From Macrostomum lignano (lineage: Eukaryota): a stretch of 64,000 nucleotides of DNA. The notes under the pieces are model-generated. The model was not told the DNA's origin and searched no databases. It saw only the letters and a list, made by a program, of their open reading frames with translations. The stretch spans positions 372,001 to 436,000 of the forward strand of contig NIVC01000061.1 of the NCBI GenBank assembly GCA_002269645.1, written 5' to 3'. Shown piece after piece: positions 1 through 13,055 of the stretch (within the stretch, counting starts at the first letter, position 1; the number at the start of each line of letters is the position of its first letter). Both the position numbers and the translations under genes were made by a program.

Positions 1-696
1 CTAGACACTGGGGAACAAGTGCCTGGGTATAAACAAAATCGAATAACTCTAACTGCAGCGGATCCTCTTGAGGTTGGTAGTCAGCGGAGTCTTGTTGCTT
101 GTATGGCTAGCTAGCTTGATGAGCGGTGGCGGCCGGTTCCGGTGAACAGTTGTTGTCTCCTGGAGTCCTTAGAGAACTAAAACAAGATGAGCCTTCTTAG
201 TTGAAGTATTCCAAGGTATTCCTTGAGACCGCCCCGAGTCTGAATTTTTCTATTGGATTTTCGCTTATATTTATAGTAAAATTTTGGTGAAAAACTGGTT
301 TAAAATCGGTTATTTACTTAGGTCACGTATGTTTGATTAGGAGGTCATAAATGTTTGATCATTTCCATATATGGAATTAAGCAAATACAACTCCCGAGAA
401 CCGGTTCCTTGATCAAATAAACGTCGGTCCTACGTAGGGCTCCGAGTCACTTCTGTTTGCACGTGACTCATTCTAAAAATAGAATTTCTAAAAATAGATA
501 TGACTCATCATAACTCATTCTAAAAATAGATTGCGAGTTAGCTCGTAAAATTAATGTTATTAGAATATTACTTTAAGTAGTGCGTTTTGACATGATTTGA
601 GTGTTCTCTACAGCTTCTTCTGGACTCACCTTTCCTGGTGTCGGTTTTCTTGTCTTGTCTGACTGCATGTCAGATGTAATTGTTGTTTTTCTAAAC

Positions 697-870
697 ACTT
701 GAAGGTCGGGGGTTCGATTCTCGACCCATACTCTGATCAGTTTGTGTCCTTGAGCAAGACACTTCACTCTGCACTCCGCATATAAAATCGGTTCCAGCTT
801 TAGCTGGGGTAATTGAGGGTGTGTATGGCGACCCCCCCCCCCCCCAGTTCTTGGACTGAACAGCCGTACG
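697..870 (+). mobile_element. tRNA-derived SINE family A, 5'-truncated copy
   Basis: Has the B box GGTTCGATTC followed by GTGTCCTTGAGCAAGACACTT and TTAGCTGGGGTAATTGAGGGTGTG...GGCGACCCCCC...CTTGGACTGA. Colinear with the reverse complement of 52445-52663. Confidence 0.75.
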
Positions 871-1184
871 CAGCCTTCAGATGCGCCGCGTAATCGCTGC
901 GGCTGAGCTGTCGGTTGAATATCTGCTTATTAGGGCAGGTGTAATCAATTATTGTTATATTTTAAATGCAAACTGTCTAATGTCTAAGCAAACTAAATGA
1001 GCATAGCTTTGGAACTCTTTGACAACGTTTTGGTCACGTCTGAGATGAATTGTCTCTTTCAAAGTGCTGTTAGATTTTTAACAAAAGTATTTACTGCGGC
1101 TCCTTCAACTGTTCAGTATTTCCGTATTAAAATTTTTGAAAATGTCTTAATCCTGCGTGAATTCTACATTCTCGGTTGACTCTG

Positions 1185-2145
1185 CGTGCAGGACTAGAGA
1201 TCCCACACCCTCAAACCGTGCAGGACTAGAGATCCCACACCCTCAAACCGTGCAGGACTAGAGATCCCACACCTTCAAACCGTGCAGGACCAGAGATCCC
1301 ACACGCTCAAACCGTGCAGGACCAGAGATCCCACACGCTCAAACCGTGCAGGACTAGAGATCCCACACCCTCAAACCGTGCAGGACTAGAGATCCCACAC
1401 ACTGAAACCGTGCAGGACCAGAGATCCCACACCCTGAAATCGTGCAGGACTAGAGATCCCACACCCTCAAACAGTGCAGGACTAGAGATCCCACACCCTC
1501 AAACAGTGCAGGACTAGAGATCCCACACCCTCAAACCGTGCAGGACTAGAGATCCCACACCCTCAAACCGTGCAGGACTAGAGATCCCACACCTTCAAAC
1601 CGTGCAGGACCAGAGATCCCACACGCTCAAACCGTGCAGGACCAGAGATCCCACACGCTCAAACCGTGCAGGACTAGAGATCCCACACCCTCAAACCGTG
1701 CAGGACTAGAGATCCCACACACTGAAACCGTGCAGGACTAGAGATCCCACACACTGAAACCGTGCAGGACCAGAGATCCCACACCCTGAAATCGTGCAGG
1801 ACTAGAGATCCCACACCCTCAAACAGTGCAGGACTAGAGATCCCACACCCTCAAACAGTGCAGGACTAGAGATCCCACACCCTCAAACCGTGCAGGACTA
1901 GAGATCCCACACCCTCCAACCGTGCAGGACTAAAGATCCCACACCATGAAACCGTGCAGGACTAGAGATCCCACACCCTCAAACCGTGCAGGACTAGAGA
2001 TCCCACACCCTCAAACAGTGCAGGACTAGAGATCCCACACCCTCAAACAGTGCAGGACTAGAGATCCCACACCCTCAAACCGTGCAGGACTAGAGATCCC
2101 ACACCCTCAAACCGTGCAGGACTAGAGATCCCACACCCTGAAACC
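1185..2145. repeat. 32-bp minisatellite (GTGCAGGACTAGAGATCCCACACCCTCAAACC), about 30 copies
   Basis: Direct tandem periodicity of 32 nt read from the sequence. Confidence 0.95.
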
Positions 2146-2567
2146 ATCGCTAGTCTTGCACGCTTGAGTTCAACGAGAATCCTAACTGCTTATTTGAATT
2201 AGAAATTTGCACTTGTAGCGATACACATCATTCAAAATATAAGACTTTTTCCGGACTTATTATTGAGACAAGTGTCAAACGACCTGTATATTTCATGGCC
2301 ACTGTTTCAGGTTCAATGATTTTTATTGCAACTACTGATACGAGTATATGCTGGTGCTGTGTGCTTGAATTAGATTTAAAGTAAATTACAATTCTGTGTC
2401 AGTTTCAGCATATGGCATGTTCTGGCATGTTATGGCATAAGCTTTGGCATGTTCCTATATGTATATACTTACTTTAAACAGTATTTATTATTTAAAGATA
2501 CATTCACTGTGAGTAGCAGTGGAATTTTTATTGAAGGGTCCGCTACCCTAAGGGGCGCCAATATTTG

Positions 2568-3335
2568 CTGTCTTGGTGGGCTCTCCTGTCTCTTGTTGGG
2601 CACCCCTGTCTCTTGTTGGGCGCCCCTGTCTCTTGTTGGGCGCCCCTGTCTCTTGTTGGGCACCCCTGTCTCTTGTTGGGCGCCCCTGTCTCTTGTTGGG
2701 CGCCCCTGTCTCTTGTTGGGCGCCCCTGTCTCTTGTTGGGCGCCCCTGTCTCTTGTTGGGCGCCCCTGTCTCTTGTTGGGCGCCCTTGTATCTTGTTGGG
2801 CGTCACTGTCTCTTGTTGGGCGCCCCTGTCTCTTGTTGGGCGCCCCTGTCTCTTGTTGGGCACCCCTGTCTCTTGTTGGGCGCCCCTGTCTCTTGTTGGG
2901 CGCCCTTGTATCTTGTTGGGCGTCACTGTCTCTTGTTGGGCACCCCTGTCTCTTTTTGGGCGCCCCTGTCTCTTGTTGGGCGCCCCTGTCTCTTGTTGGG
3001 CGCCCCTGTCTCTTGTTGGGCGCCCCTGTCTCTTGTTGGGCACCCCTGTATCTTGTTGGGCACCCCTGTCTCTTGTTGGGCGCCCCTGTCTCTTGTTGGG
3101 CGCCCCTGTCTCTTGTTGGGCACCCCTGTCTCTTGTTGGGCACCCCTGTCTCTTGTTGGGCGCCCCTGTCTCTTGTTGGGCGCCCCTGTCTCTTGTTGGG
3201 CGCCCCTGTCTCTTGTTGGGCGCCCTTGTATCTTGTTGGGCGTCACTGTCTCTTGTTGGGCGCCCCTGTCTCTTGTTGGGCGCCCCTGTCTCTTGTTGGG
3301 CGCCCCTGTCTCTTGTTGGGCGCCCCTGTCTCTTG
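2568..3335. repeat. 20-bp minisatellite (CGCCCCTGTCTCTTGTTGGG), about 38 copies
   Basis: Tandem periodicity of 20. It accounts for the repetitive ORFs in five frames at 2449-3405. Confidence 0.95.
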
Positions 3336-3496
3336 CCAGGGACAGGGACTGTCAAAGTTTGAGCTCCTGCCATCTATAGAGCTTTGCTACATCTATTTCA
3401 TTTAGTTGGTTTAAGAGCGTTTCAGGTTTTCCGGCTTTAGACTTTAAATAAATTTAAAGATGTACAAAGAGATACAAAAGCAAGACTGAGTAAACA

Positions 3497-5146
3497 TTGA
3501 TCAGTCTTGGATCAGTCATTGAGCGGTCATCAAGCAGTCGTTGAGCAGTCATTGATCAGTCATTGATCAGTCATTGAGCAGTCATTGATCAGTCATTGAT
3601 CAGTCATTGAGCAGTCATTGAGCAGTCATTGAGCTGTCATTGATCAGTCATTGAGCAGTAATTAAGCAGGCATTGAGCTGTCATTGATCAGTCATTGAGC
3701 AGTCATTGATCAGTCATTGAGCAGTTATTGAGCAGTCATTGGGCAGTCATTGAGCAGTCATTGAGCAGTCATTGATCAGTCATTGAGCAGTAATTAAGCA
3801 GTCATTGAGCGGTCATTGATCAGTCATTGAGCAGTCATTGATCAGTCATTGAGCAGTCATTGGGCAGTCATTGAGCAGTCATTGAGCAGTCATTGAGCAG
3901 TCATTGAGCAATCATTGATCAGTCATTGAGCTGTCATTGATCAGTCATTGAGCAGTCATTGATCAGTCACTGAGAAGTAATTAAGCAGTCATTGAGCAGT
4001 CATTGATCAGTCACTGAGCAGTAATTAAGCAGTCATTGAGCTGTCATTGATCAGTCATTGAGCAGTCATTGATCAGTCATTGAGCAGTAATTAAGCAGTC
4101 ATTGAGCGGTCATTGATCAGTCATTGATCAATCGTTGAGCAGTCATTGATCAATCATTGATCATTCATTGAGCAGTCATTGATCAGTCATTGAGCAGTAA
4201 TTAAGCAGTCATTGAGCTGTCATTGATCAGTCATTGAGCAGTCATTGATCAGTCATTGAGCAGTCATTGAGCAGTCATTGATCAGTCATTGAGCGGTCAT
4301 TGATCAGTCATTGATCAATCGTTGAGCAGTCATTGATCAGTCATTGATCAGTCATTGAGCAGTCATTGAGCGGTCATTGATCAGTCATTGATCAATCGTT
4401 GAGCAGTCATTGATCAGTCATTGATCAGTCATTGAGCAGTCATTGAGCAGTCATTGGGCTGTCATTGAGCAGTCATTGAGCAGTCATTGGGCTGTCATTG
4501 AGCAGTCATTGAGCAGTCATTGAGCAGTCATTGAGCAGTCATTGGGCTGTCATTGAGCAGTCATTGGGCTGTCATTGGGCTGTCATTGAGCAGTCATTGA
4601 GCAGTCATTGAGCAGTCATTGAGCAGTCATTGAGCAGTCATTGATCAGTCATTGAGCAGTCATTGATCAGTCATTGAGCAGTAATTAAGCAGTCATTGAG
4701 CTGTCATTGATCAGTCATTGAGCAGTCATTGATCAGTCATTGAGCAGTAATTAAGCAGTCATTGAGCAATCATTGATCAGTCATTGAGCAGTCATTGATC
4801 AGTCATTGAGCAGTAATTAAGCAGTCATTGAGCTGTCATTGATCAGTCATTGAGCAGTCATTGATCAGTCATTGAGCAGTCATTGAGCGGTCATTGATCA
4901 GTCATTGAGCAGTCATTGAGCAGTCATTGAGCGGTCATTGATCAGTCATTGATCAATCGTTGAGCAGTCATTGATCAGTCATTGATCAGTCATTGATCAG
5001 TCATTGAGCGGTCATTGATCAGTCATTGATCAATCGTTGAGCAGTCATTGATCAGTCATTGATCAATCGTTGAGCAGTCATTGAGCAGTCATTGGGCTGT
5101 CACTGAGCAGTCATTGAGCAGTCATTGAGCAGTCATTGGGCAGTCC
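3497..5146. repeat. 11-bp minisatellite ((G/T)CAGTCATTGA), about 150 copies, with recurrent variant units
   Basis: Tandem periodicity of 11. Variant units GCAGTAATTAA and TCAATCGTTGA recur in blocks. Confidence 0.95.
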
Positions 5147-5563
5147 CAATAGTGTATGTACATAACAAATCTCTGACTAAGTTATAATCCGCTATTAGTG
5201 AGGTCAAACATTTTCGAAAGTAGACATAAGTTTAGTCACCTGGCAACTGTGCTTGTCTGCCCAGAGCTTGGCTGCTCAGATACCGACAATGCTATAAACA
5301 GTGAACTTTAGCTGAGCTGCTTCGGGCAATAAATAGCTCGTAGCCATGGCCAAAATTGGCTCGCACTGTTTCGCCGCCCGCATGAACAACAGCCCCCCCC
5401 CCCCCCGATCCCCGTCTTCCGCTCCCGAGCTGAGCCTTCAATGATCGATCGATCAGTCGCGGCCGCGCGCTCAATCAATTTCAACTGAAAAGACATTTGA
5501 GAAGCTCTTCCTGAGCACAGAGTTGAGCTTTGCTGCGGGACTTGCCGCCGGTCTCACTGCGAA

Positions 5564-8500
5564 ATGTCCACCTCGCCAATCCAAGGCCTCAGGCAGCGAG
5601 CCGCCTCGCTGTTCAACCTGCTGGATCCGCAGGGCACCGGCTTCGTCACCCTCTGCGACATGCGCGCCTGCTGCGGCCAGCAGCAGCAGCAGCAGCTGGT
5701 CGAGGAGGTCTTCCGCCGACTTGACACCGACATGGATGGCAGGATCAACCTTGACGACTTCCAGCTGGCGCTGACGGCCATCAGCTGCCAGGCGGCCGAT
5801 GATGAGCCGGAAGATGACCAGAGTGAGCAGGCCGAGGCCGAGGCAGACAAGCTGCCCACCATCGACGGCGCCGAGGAGCTGCCTTGCAGCGAAGAGGTTC
5901 AGAAGATGCAGCGGCTGCTGGCTGAGAAATATCCGCAGCTGGCCGACGCCTTCCAGGTGAGTGCGATAGCTGAGTGTAGCTGAACGAGTGTCACTGAATG
6001 AGTGTCACTGAATGAGTGTCGCTGAATGAGTGTCGCTGAACGAGTGTAGCTGAATGAGTGTCGCTGAATGAGTGTCGCTGAATGAGTGTCGCTGAATGAG
6101 TGTAGCTGAATGAGTGTCGCTGAATGATTGTCGCTGAATGAGTGTCGCTGAATGAGTGTCGCTGAATGAGTGTCGCTGAATGAGTGTAGCTGAATGAGTG
6201 TCGCTGAATGAGTGTCGCTGAATGAGTGTCGCTGAATGAGTGTCGCTGAATGAGTGTCGCTGAATGAGTGTCGCTGAATGAGTGTCGCTGAATGAGTGTC
6301 GCTGAATGAGTGTCGCTGAATGAGTGTCGCTGAATGAGTGTCGCTGAATGAGTGTCGCTGAATCAGTGTCGCTGAATGAGTCTCGCTGAATGAGTGTCAC
6401 TGAATGAGTGTCACTGAATCAGTGTCGCTGAATCAGTGTCGCTGAATGAGTGTCGCTGAATCAGTCTCGCTGAATGAGTGTCGCTGAATCAGTGTCGCTG
6501 AATGAGAGTCGCTGAATGAGTGTCGCTGAATGAGTGTCGCTGAATGAGTGTCGCTGAATGAGAGTCGCTGAATGAGAGTCGCTGAATGAGTGTCGCTGAA
6601 TGAGTGTCGCTGAATCAGTGTCGCTAATTATTGCTAAACGATAGTCGCTCTGAATGTCGCTCAACCGTTCCACTTCCGCATCATAAATTCTGCTTAGGGC
6701 GTCATAGCAACGGTTGCCACGGAGCTGGCCCGGCAGCGCCGCGAGCGCGAGGAGCTGGAGACCAGCCTGAGGCGCAGCAGGGAGCTGGCCCAGCAGCGCA
6801 CCCGCCAGCTGCAGGAGGAGATGGAGCGCCAGCTGGCCGGCTTTGAGCGGCAGGCGCGGGCCAAGGAGCGGCAGCGGCTGCAGGCAGAGTTCCAGCAGCT
6901 GGAGGCGCGCCAGCAGGAGGAGGTCGTCAGGCTGCAGGTGCGCTGGTATCCCCATCTGCCACCCCATCTGCCACCCCATCTGCCACCCCATTTGCCACCC
7001 CATCTGCCACCCTATCTGCCACCCCATCTGCCACCCTATCTGCCACCCCATCTGCCACCCCATCTGCCACCCCATCTGCCACCCCATCTGCCACCCCATC
7101 TGCCACCCCATCTGCCACCCCATCTGCCACCCAATCTGCCACCCCATCTGCCACCCCATTTGCCACTCCATCTGCCAACCCATCTGCCACCCCATCTGCC
7201 ACCCTATCTGCCACCCCATCTGCCACCCCATCTGCCACCCCATCTGCCACCCCATCTGCAACCCCATCTGCAACCCCATCTGCCACTCCATCTGCCACCC
7301 CATCTGCCACCCCATCTGCCACCCCATCTGCCACCCCATCTGCCACCCCATCTGCAACCCCATCTGCAACCCTATCTGCCACCCCATCTGCCACTCCATC
7401 TGCAACCCCATCTGCCACCCCATCTGCCACCCCATCTGCCACCCCATCTGCCACCCCATCTGCCACCCCATCTGCCACTCCATCTGCCACCCCATCTGTC
7501 ACCCCATCTGCAACCCCATCTGTCACCCCATCTGCAACCCCATCTGCCACCCCATCTGCAACCCCATCTGCCACCCCATCTGCCACTCCATCTGCCACAC
7601 CATCTGCCACACCCCACCTGTCGCAGGCGCGAATGTCGGAGCTGCGCCGTCGCCAGAGCTCCTCAGTGGGGTCGGCCTCCGCGGCGGCGGCCGCGGCAGC
7701 TCAGCAGGCGGTTGTCTCGGCGAAGCTGGACGCCGAGCGCCTGGCGCAGGAGACGCAGCAGCTGGAGGTGGAGCTGGAAGCCTGTCAAGCCCGGCTGTCG
7801 CGGGCTCAGCGCCGAGGCGACGCCGGCGATGCAGCGCTGAGATCGCATCGGCGCCAAGTGGCGGAGGAGGCGGAGCGGCGCCAGGAGCTGGACAGCCGGC
7901 TCTCTGAGATGCGCGCACTGAACGTGCGGCTCCGGGAGGCCAACGAGGAGCTGCGTCGGGCGCTGTTCTGCGGCGGCAGGCTCCGGCGACGGACGCGGAG
8001 GCGGCTCCGTCAGGCGTTGGGGATATCGGAGATATCTTCGACATCGCTAAGGAAGTCGGCGACCCTGTCGGACGTGTCTGGCGACCTCGCGGCGGCGGAA
8101 CTCGACGGCGGCGAAGTTCTGGAAGTCGATGTGGACGAAGAGGACATCAAGTGGGAGGGGTGAGCACTTGCTGGGAGCTCTGATGGGGTGTACAGAAGTG
8201 TAATGCGTTGAGCACATGCGCACAGAATCAGTGTGGGGATGTGGGTGCAGAGTGCAGAGACATTCCAACCGAACCCTCAAGGACGTCGATGGCTGGGCAT
8301 CCCCGGCCGGTGAGGTGGCAGCTGAACGCCAACCAGCAGTCGGTGCCCCCGCTGTCCTCCTCGGAGACCTCGTCCGCCTGCTCGCCAAGCGACGACTGCA
8401 GCGGCAGCAGCAGCGACTTCGACACCGACGTTGAGCAGCGGCGAAAGCAGGGCGGCGGCATTCCGCTAGCGGACGAGCTGGCAGAGGCTGCGCCACCGGC

Positions 8501-9789
8501 CAGACGAACCAGACAGCGGCGTCACCGACACAGTCGGTCGTCGAGAAGCCGCCGCCACCGCCTGCCATCCCGGTCGGCGTCGTCAGCGGTGGTCGCCGAG
8601 TCCGACTATTTCAACATGGCATCGGACGTCACGGAGCGGCAGCCGGAGCGCCTGTTCAAGATCGTCACCGCAGGCGACGCGGCGGTCGGCAAGACCAGCT
8701 TCGTCAGCTGCTTCTGCGACGACAGCTGCCCGACGGCCACCGTGACCACCGTGGGCGTCGACTTCCGGACTCGAACCCTGGCCGTTGATGATCACGTGAT
8801 CGCCATACAGCTGTGGGACACGGCTGGGCAGGTGAGACGCGATTAGGGGATAATTAGCGACGACAGGCTGTAAAGAGTAGTTTACGACTAGCAGCCAATC
8901 AGCGATGCCCGCACCACCCGCGCAGGAGCGGTTCCGCAGCCTGGCCAAGTCCTACTTCAGGCGCGCGGACGGCGCCCTGCTGATCTACGACTGCACAGAC
9001 GAGGGCAGCTTCGTTGGGGTGCGCGACTGGCTGCTGGAGATCAGGGAGAGCTCCAACTCTGAGATCCCAGTCATGCTGGTGGCTAATAAGGTTGGGAAAT
9101 TATTCCCTATCTGTTGAAAGGTAGTCCCAGTTTCTACTTGTAGAATCTATGAAACTCACCCAGTCTCTTCCTGACTCACCCAGTCTCTTTCTGACTCACC
9201 CAGTCTCTTCCTGACTCACCCAGTCTCTTTCTGATTCACCCAGTCTCTTTCTGACTCACCCAGTCTCTTTCTGATTCACCCAGTCTCTTTCTGACTCACC
9301 CAGTCTCTTTCTGATTCACCCAGTCTCTTTTTTTGATTCACCCAGTCTCTTTCTGACTCACTCAGTCTCTTTCTGACTCACTCAGTTCCTTTCTGACTCA
9401 CTCAGTCGCTTTCTGACTCACCCAGTCTCTTCCTGACTTCAAACAGCCGGATCCCTCACACTACCTGGCTCACTTATTCTGTCCCCTCCAAGATCGACGC
9501 ACGCGAGGCCGCCCGCGCCGGTGGCGCCCCCGTGGTCGAGTCGGAGGCGGGGCGCCAGCTGTCCAGCGACTGTGGCGCGCTTTTCGCCGAGGCCAGCGCA
9601 GCTACGGGGCAGAACGTCGCCAACGCGGTGGCCGCCCTCACCCGCGTGCTGCTGCTGCAGCAGGACCTGGCGGTGGGCAACTGCCTGGGCATCCACCTGC
9701 GCCGGCAGTCGCTGAAAGATGGCGCCAAAGGCGGCGGTGGCGTCGCATGGCTGCGAAAGAGGGAAACCACCTGCTGCAAGACTGGCTAG
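5564..9789 (+). CDS. RASEF: EF-hand + coiled-coil + Rab GTPase (RASEF/Rab45-CRACR2A/Rab46 family), about 725 aa; exons 5564-5956, 6698-6937, 7627-8159, 8282-8831 (alternative acceptor 8258), 8926-9090, 9493-9789
   Basis: Two EF-hand loops (DPQGTGFVTLCD, DTDMDGRINLDD) and long coiled-coil exons. Rab motifs: G1 GDAAVGKTS, G2 TVGVDF, G3 WDTAGQ|ERF, G4 NK|ID, G5 EASA, and C-terminal CCKTG. All introns are GT-AG with matching phases (0,0,2,0,0). Exact orthologue within the family not resolved. Confidence 0.88.
5975..6622. repeat. 14-bp minisatellite (GCTGAATGAGTGTC) filling RASEF intron 1
   Basis: Tandem periodicity of 14, about 46 copies. Confidence 0.95.
6950..7612. repeat. 12-bp minisatellite (CCCCATCTGCCA) filling RASEF intron 2
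   Basis: Tandem periodicity of 12, about 55 copies. The consensus unit contains no stop codon. Confidence 0.95.
9155..9437. repeat. 20-bp minisatellite (TGACTCACCCAGTCTCTTTC) in RASEF intron 5
   Basis: Tandem periodicity of 20. Confidence 0.9.
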
Positions 9790-9797
9790 AGAACTCG

Positions 9798-9865
<68 letters not shown>

Positions 9866-9892
9866 GACTGTCTGTCTGTCTGTCTGTCTGAC

Positions 9893-9965
<73 letters not shown>
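9798..9965. repeat. (TCTG)n microsatellite immediately after the RASEF stop codon
   Basis: Direct reading. Confidence 0.95.
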
Positions 9966-10149
9966 GAACTCTCACACGCTCATCCAAATTTATAGTGGAA
10001 TAATTTTTGTATTAAAATACTGTTTAAAAGTTACTCTGATGCGTAAATACACAAAAACATGGCCCAATTCACTCATATTTTTGGAAAAAGTATCTTTTCT
10101 GATTCTCTAACCGCAAGCCTGACTACTACAAGTAGATGCGACTTACTTG

Positions 10150-10432
10150 ACTCAGCTGCAGGGGTCTACGGGCATCCGGATGCAGCGGGGAGGCGTCGCC
10201 GCCCATTCCGCTAAGCCCTGGCGACCACTGTCAGGCCGGTGTCCGCAGAGCGGTCCCCTCAGGCGAGCCAAGCCGATGCGTGGCCGCTCGCCCGGTAGCC
10301 CTTAGGTAGCCGGCAGAGATTCTCGGGCCTGAAAACGTCGGAGAGGTCCGGGGTTGGGCCGAGGTAGGTGAGCCTGTCCTGAGTAAAAGCGGGGCATTCA
10401 CAGATGAAGTGCTCCGCATTCTCCACAACTGA
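10150..10432 (-). mobile_element. Degenerate 3' end of a non-LTR retrotransposon ORF2 (zinc-knuckle region)
   Basis: The minus strand translates to VENAEHFICECPAFTQDRLTYLG and, after a frameshift, YLRATGR. This resembles the E-x-x-E-H-x-x-C-x-C-P..R..LG C-terminal motif of LINE ORF2 proteins. The lower boundary is approximate. Confidence 0.6.
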
Positions 10433-10434
10433 GA

Positions 10435-11380
10435 GGGTATCAAGTAGACCAACCAGGGGATCAAGTAGACCAACCAGGGGATCAAGTAGACCAACCAGGG
10501 GATCAAGTAGACCAACCAGGGGATCAAGTAGACCAACCAGGGGATCAAGTAGACCAACCAGGGGGTCAAGTAGACCAACCAGGGGATCAAGTAGACCAAC
10601 CAGGGGGTCAAGCAGACCACAACAAGAGGATCAAGCAGACCACAACCAGAGGATCCAGCAGACCACAACCAGGGGATCAAGTAGACCAACCAGGGGATCA
10701 AGTAGACCAACCAGGGGGTCAAGCAGACCACAACCAGAGGATCAAGCAGACCACAACAAGAGGATCAAGCAGACCACAACAAGAGGATCAAGCAGACCAC
10801 AACCAGAGGATCCAGCAGACCACAACCAGAGGATCCAGCAGACCACAACAAGAGGATCAAGCAGACCACAACCAGAGGATCCAGCAGACCACAACCAGGG
10901 GATCAAGTAGACCAACCAGGGGATCAAGCAGACCAACCAGGGGATCAAACAGACCACAACCAGAGGATCAAGCAGACCACAACCAGGGGATCAAGTAGAC
11001 CAACCAGGGGATCAAGCAGACCACAACAAGAGGATCAAGCAGACCACAACCAGAGGATCCAGCAGACCACAACCAGAGGATCCAGCAGACCACAACCAGG
11101 GGATCAAGTAGACCAACCAGGGGATCAAACAGACCACAACAAGAGGATCAAGCAGACCACAACCAGAGGATCCAGCAGGCCACAACCAGGGGATCAAGTA
11201 GACCAACCAGGGGATCAAACAGACCACAACAAGAGGATCAAGCAGACCACAACCAGAGGATCCAGCAGACCACAACCAGGGGATCAAGTAGACCAACCAG
11301 GGGATCAAACAGACCACAACAAGAGGATCAAGCAGACCACAACCAGAGGATCCAGCAGACGACAACCATGAGATCAAGTA
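10435..11380. repeat. Composite 21/23-bp minisatellite (GGGGATCAAGTAGACCAACCA / GAGGATCAAGCAGACCACAACCA)
   Basis: Two related units interleaved in recurring blocks. Confidence 0.92.
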
Positions 11381-11861
11381 GGCCAAATCCAGGCCTACAA
11401 CTGTAAAAAGGTGAACTCTGAAAGGATAATACAAGCAGAGAAAGTGAATCCACAAAGGAGCTGCCAGGGAAGTACGAGAAGCAAACGAGATGTTTGCCAC
11501 AGCTTCCTTGATGCAGCACGCCGTGTGTGCCGAAGGAACTCTCTCTGCTTGATCAAGGTTGGTGGGGCAGGACGAGAAGCTGCTCAAAGTTTTCTTTGTT
11601 AGCCAGGTGTGTCGCTTAATTTTGCAACTGTCACACGTCTGTGGAAGGCCGGCTGACTCAAAAAGTACTTTTTTACCAATTTAGAAAGAAGCATTCAACA
11701 TAAATTTTTTATCCAGGTCTGCTCTGTACGAGTATTCCAGACAGATGAATCGTCATCAAGGGAACAAAAGTCGTAAGAATCAGCACAGAGAAAAAAGTCA
11801 CTTCATAAGTTTGGAACATTGATTATGAAAGCAAAACTATCGGCTGATGGCTGGAAATTCA

Positions 11862-12340
11862 CTGTTCAAGGTCACTGTTCTAGGCCACTATTCAAGGTGA
11901 CTCTTAAAGGCCACTGTTCAAGATCACTGTTCAAGGTCACAGTTCAAGGTCACAGTTCAAGGTGACTATTCAAGGTGACTGTTCAAGGTCACTTGTTCAA
12001 GGTCACTGTTCAAGGTCACTGTTCAAGGTCACTGTTCAAGGTGACTGTTCAAGGTCCCTGTTCAAGGTCACAGTTCTAGGTCACTCTTCAAGGTCACTGT
12101 TCAATGTCACAGTTCAAGGTCACTGTTCAAGGTCACTGTTCAAGGTCACTGTTCAAGGTCACTGTTCAAGGTCACTGTTCTAGGTCACAGTTCTAGGTCA
12201 CAGTTCAAGGTCACTGTTCAAGGTCACTGTTTAAGATCACTGTTCAAAGTCACTGTTAAAGTTCACCTTCCAAGGTCACTGTTCAAGGCCACTGTTCAAG
12301 GTCACTGCTAAAAGAAAGGCCACCTTTCAAGGTCACTGTT
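11862..12340. repeat. 13-bp minisatellite (TGTTCAAGGTCAC)
   Basis: Tandem periodicity of 13. Confidence 0.92.
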
Positions 12341-13055
12341 ACCTACCCATTGCAAATCCATGCATACATTTTAAGCATACATTTAAGCCCAAATTGACAC
12401 CTCGCTGGTAGATCCTAGAAACGTGTCTTGAGTAGGCCCTTGCACTCCCACTGGAGGCCCGTCCCCGGCATCCTCTATAGCTCATAACCATAACTGAATT
12501 TCTCTCACCACTCCTCACTCATCTGAGCCTCTACTAGCCTGTCATAAAAGCGAAGAAAAACTGCGAGCAGCGAAATGCAATATTCGACTCATCCGCTACC
12601 ATTGGATTTGCTAGGCGTTCCAGATCAAATTGGCCACGGGAGCCGGTTCCTCGCGCAGCCTCCGCGCTTCATCGCTTCCTCGGGAGCATTTCGTTCATTC
12701 ATTATTGACCAATAGGGAGCCCCCGAAGCGATGAGCTCGGGAGCAGCTAATAAATATTGAATTGAGCTCAGTGTGGGAGAGGGGTGGCTTGAGTTGACTG
12801 GCCAACAGCTAAAATAAGCTGCTGGAAGTTCCTCCTTTCGCTAGTCAGGGTTGTTTTAGATATTCGAAAAACGACATTGCGAACCCTCGTAAGTGCGGAC
12901 AGCTCTAGAACCAATCTTATTATGCTTCAGAGGTTCAGAAATATTGTAGATTAAAAGGATTTCCTGATAGAAATTAAATCCATTGAATGCTGCAGGACAC
13001 CTGGCACTCAGCAACCAAAATCTGCCCAAATTCATTTCCAGTAGTTCCCACCAGG

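Noticed and set aside
1-240. Moderately GC-rich start of the window
   Set aside because: No ORF or motif recognised; may be the tail of an element outside the window.
2449-3405. Long overlapping ORFs (224-318 aa) in five frames
   Set aside because: Artefact of a stop-free 20-bp minisatellite. The same applies to ORFs at 6005-7907, 10231-11587, 19024-19996, 42854-44490, 46649-47461, 51261-51901, 53119-53940 and 57637-58138.
12600-12760. GC-rich patch with a 9-bp inverted repeat and CCAAT upstream of the receptor gene
   Set aside because: Compatible with a promoter or small repeat, but too little evidence to call.
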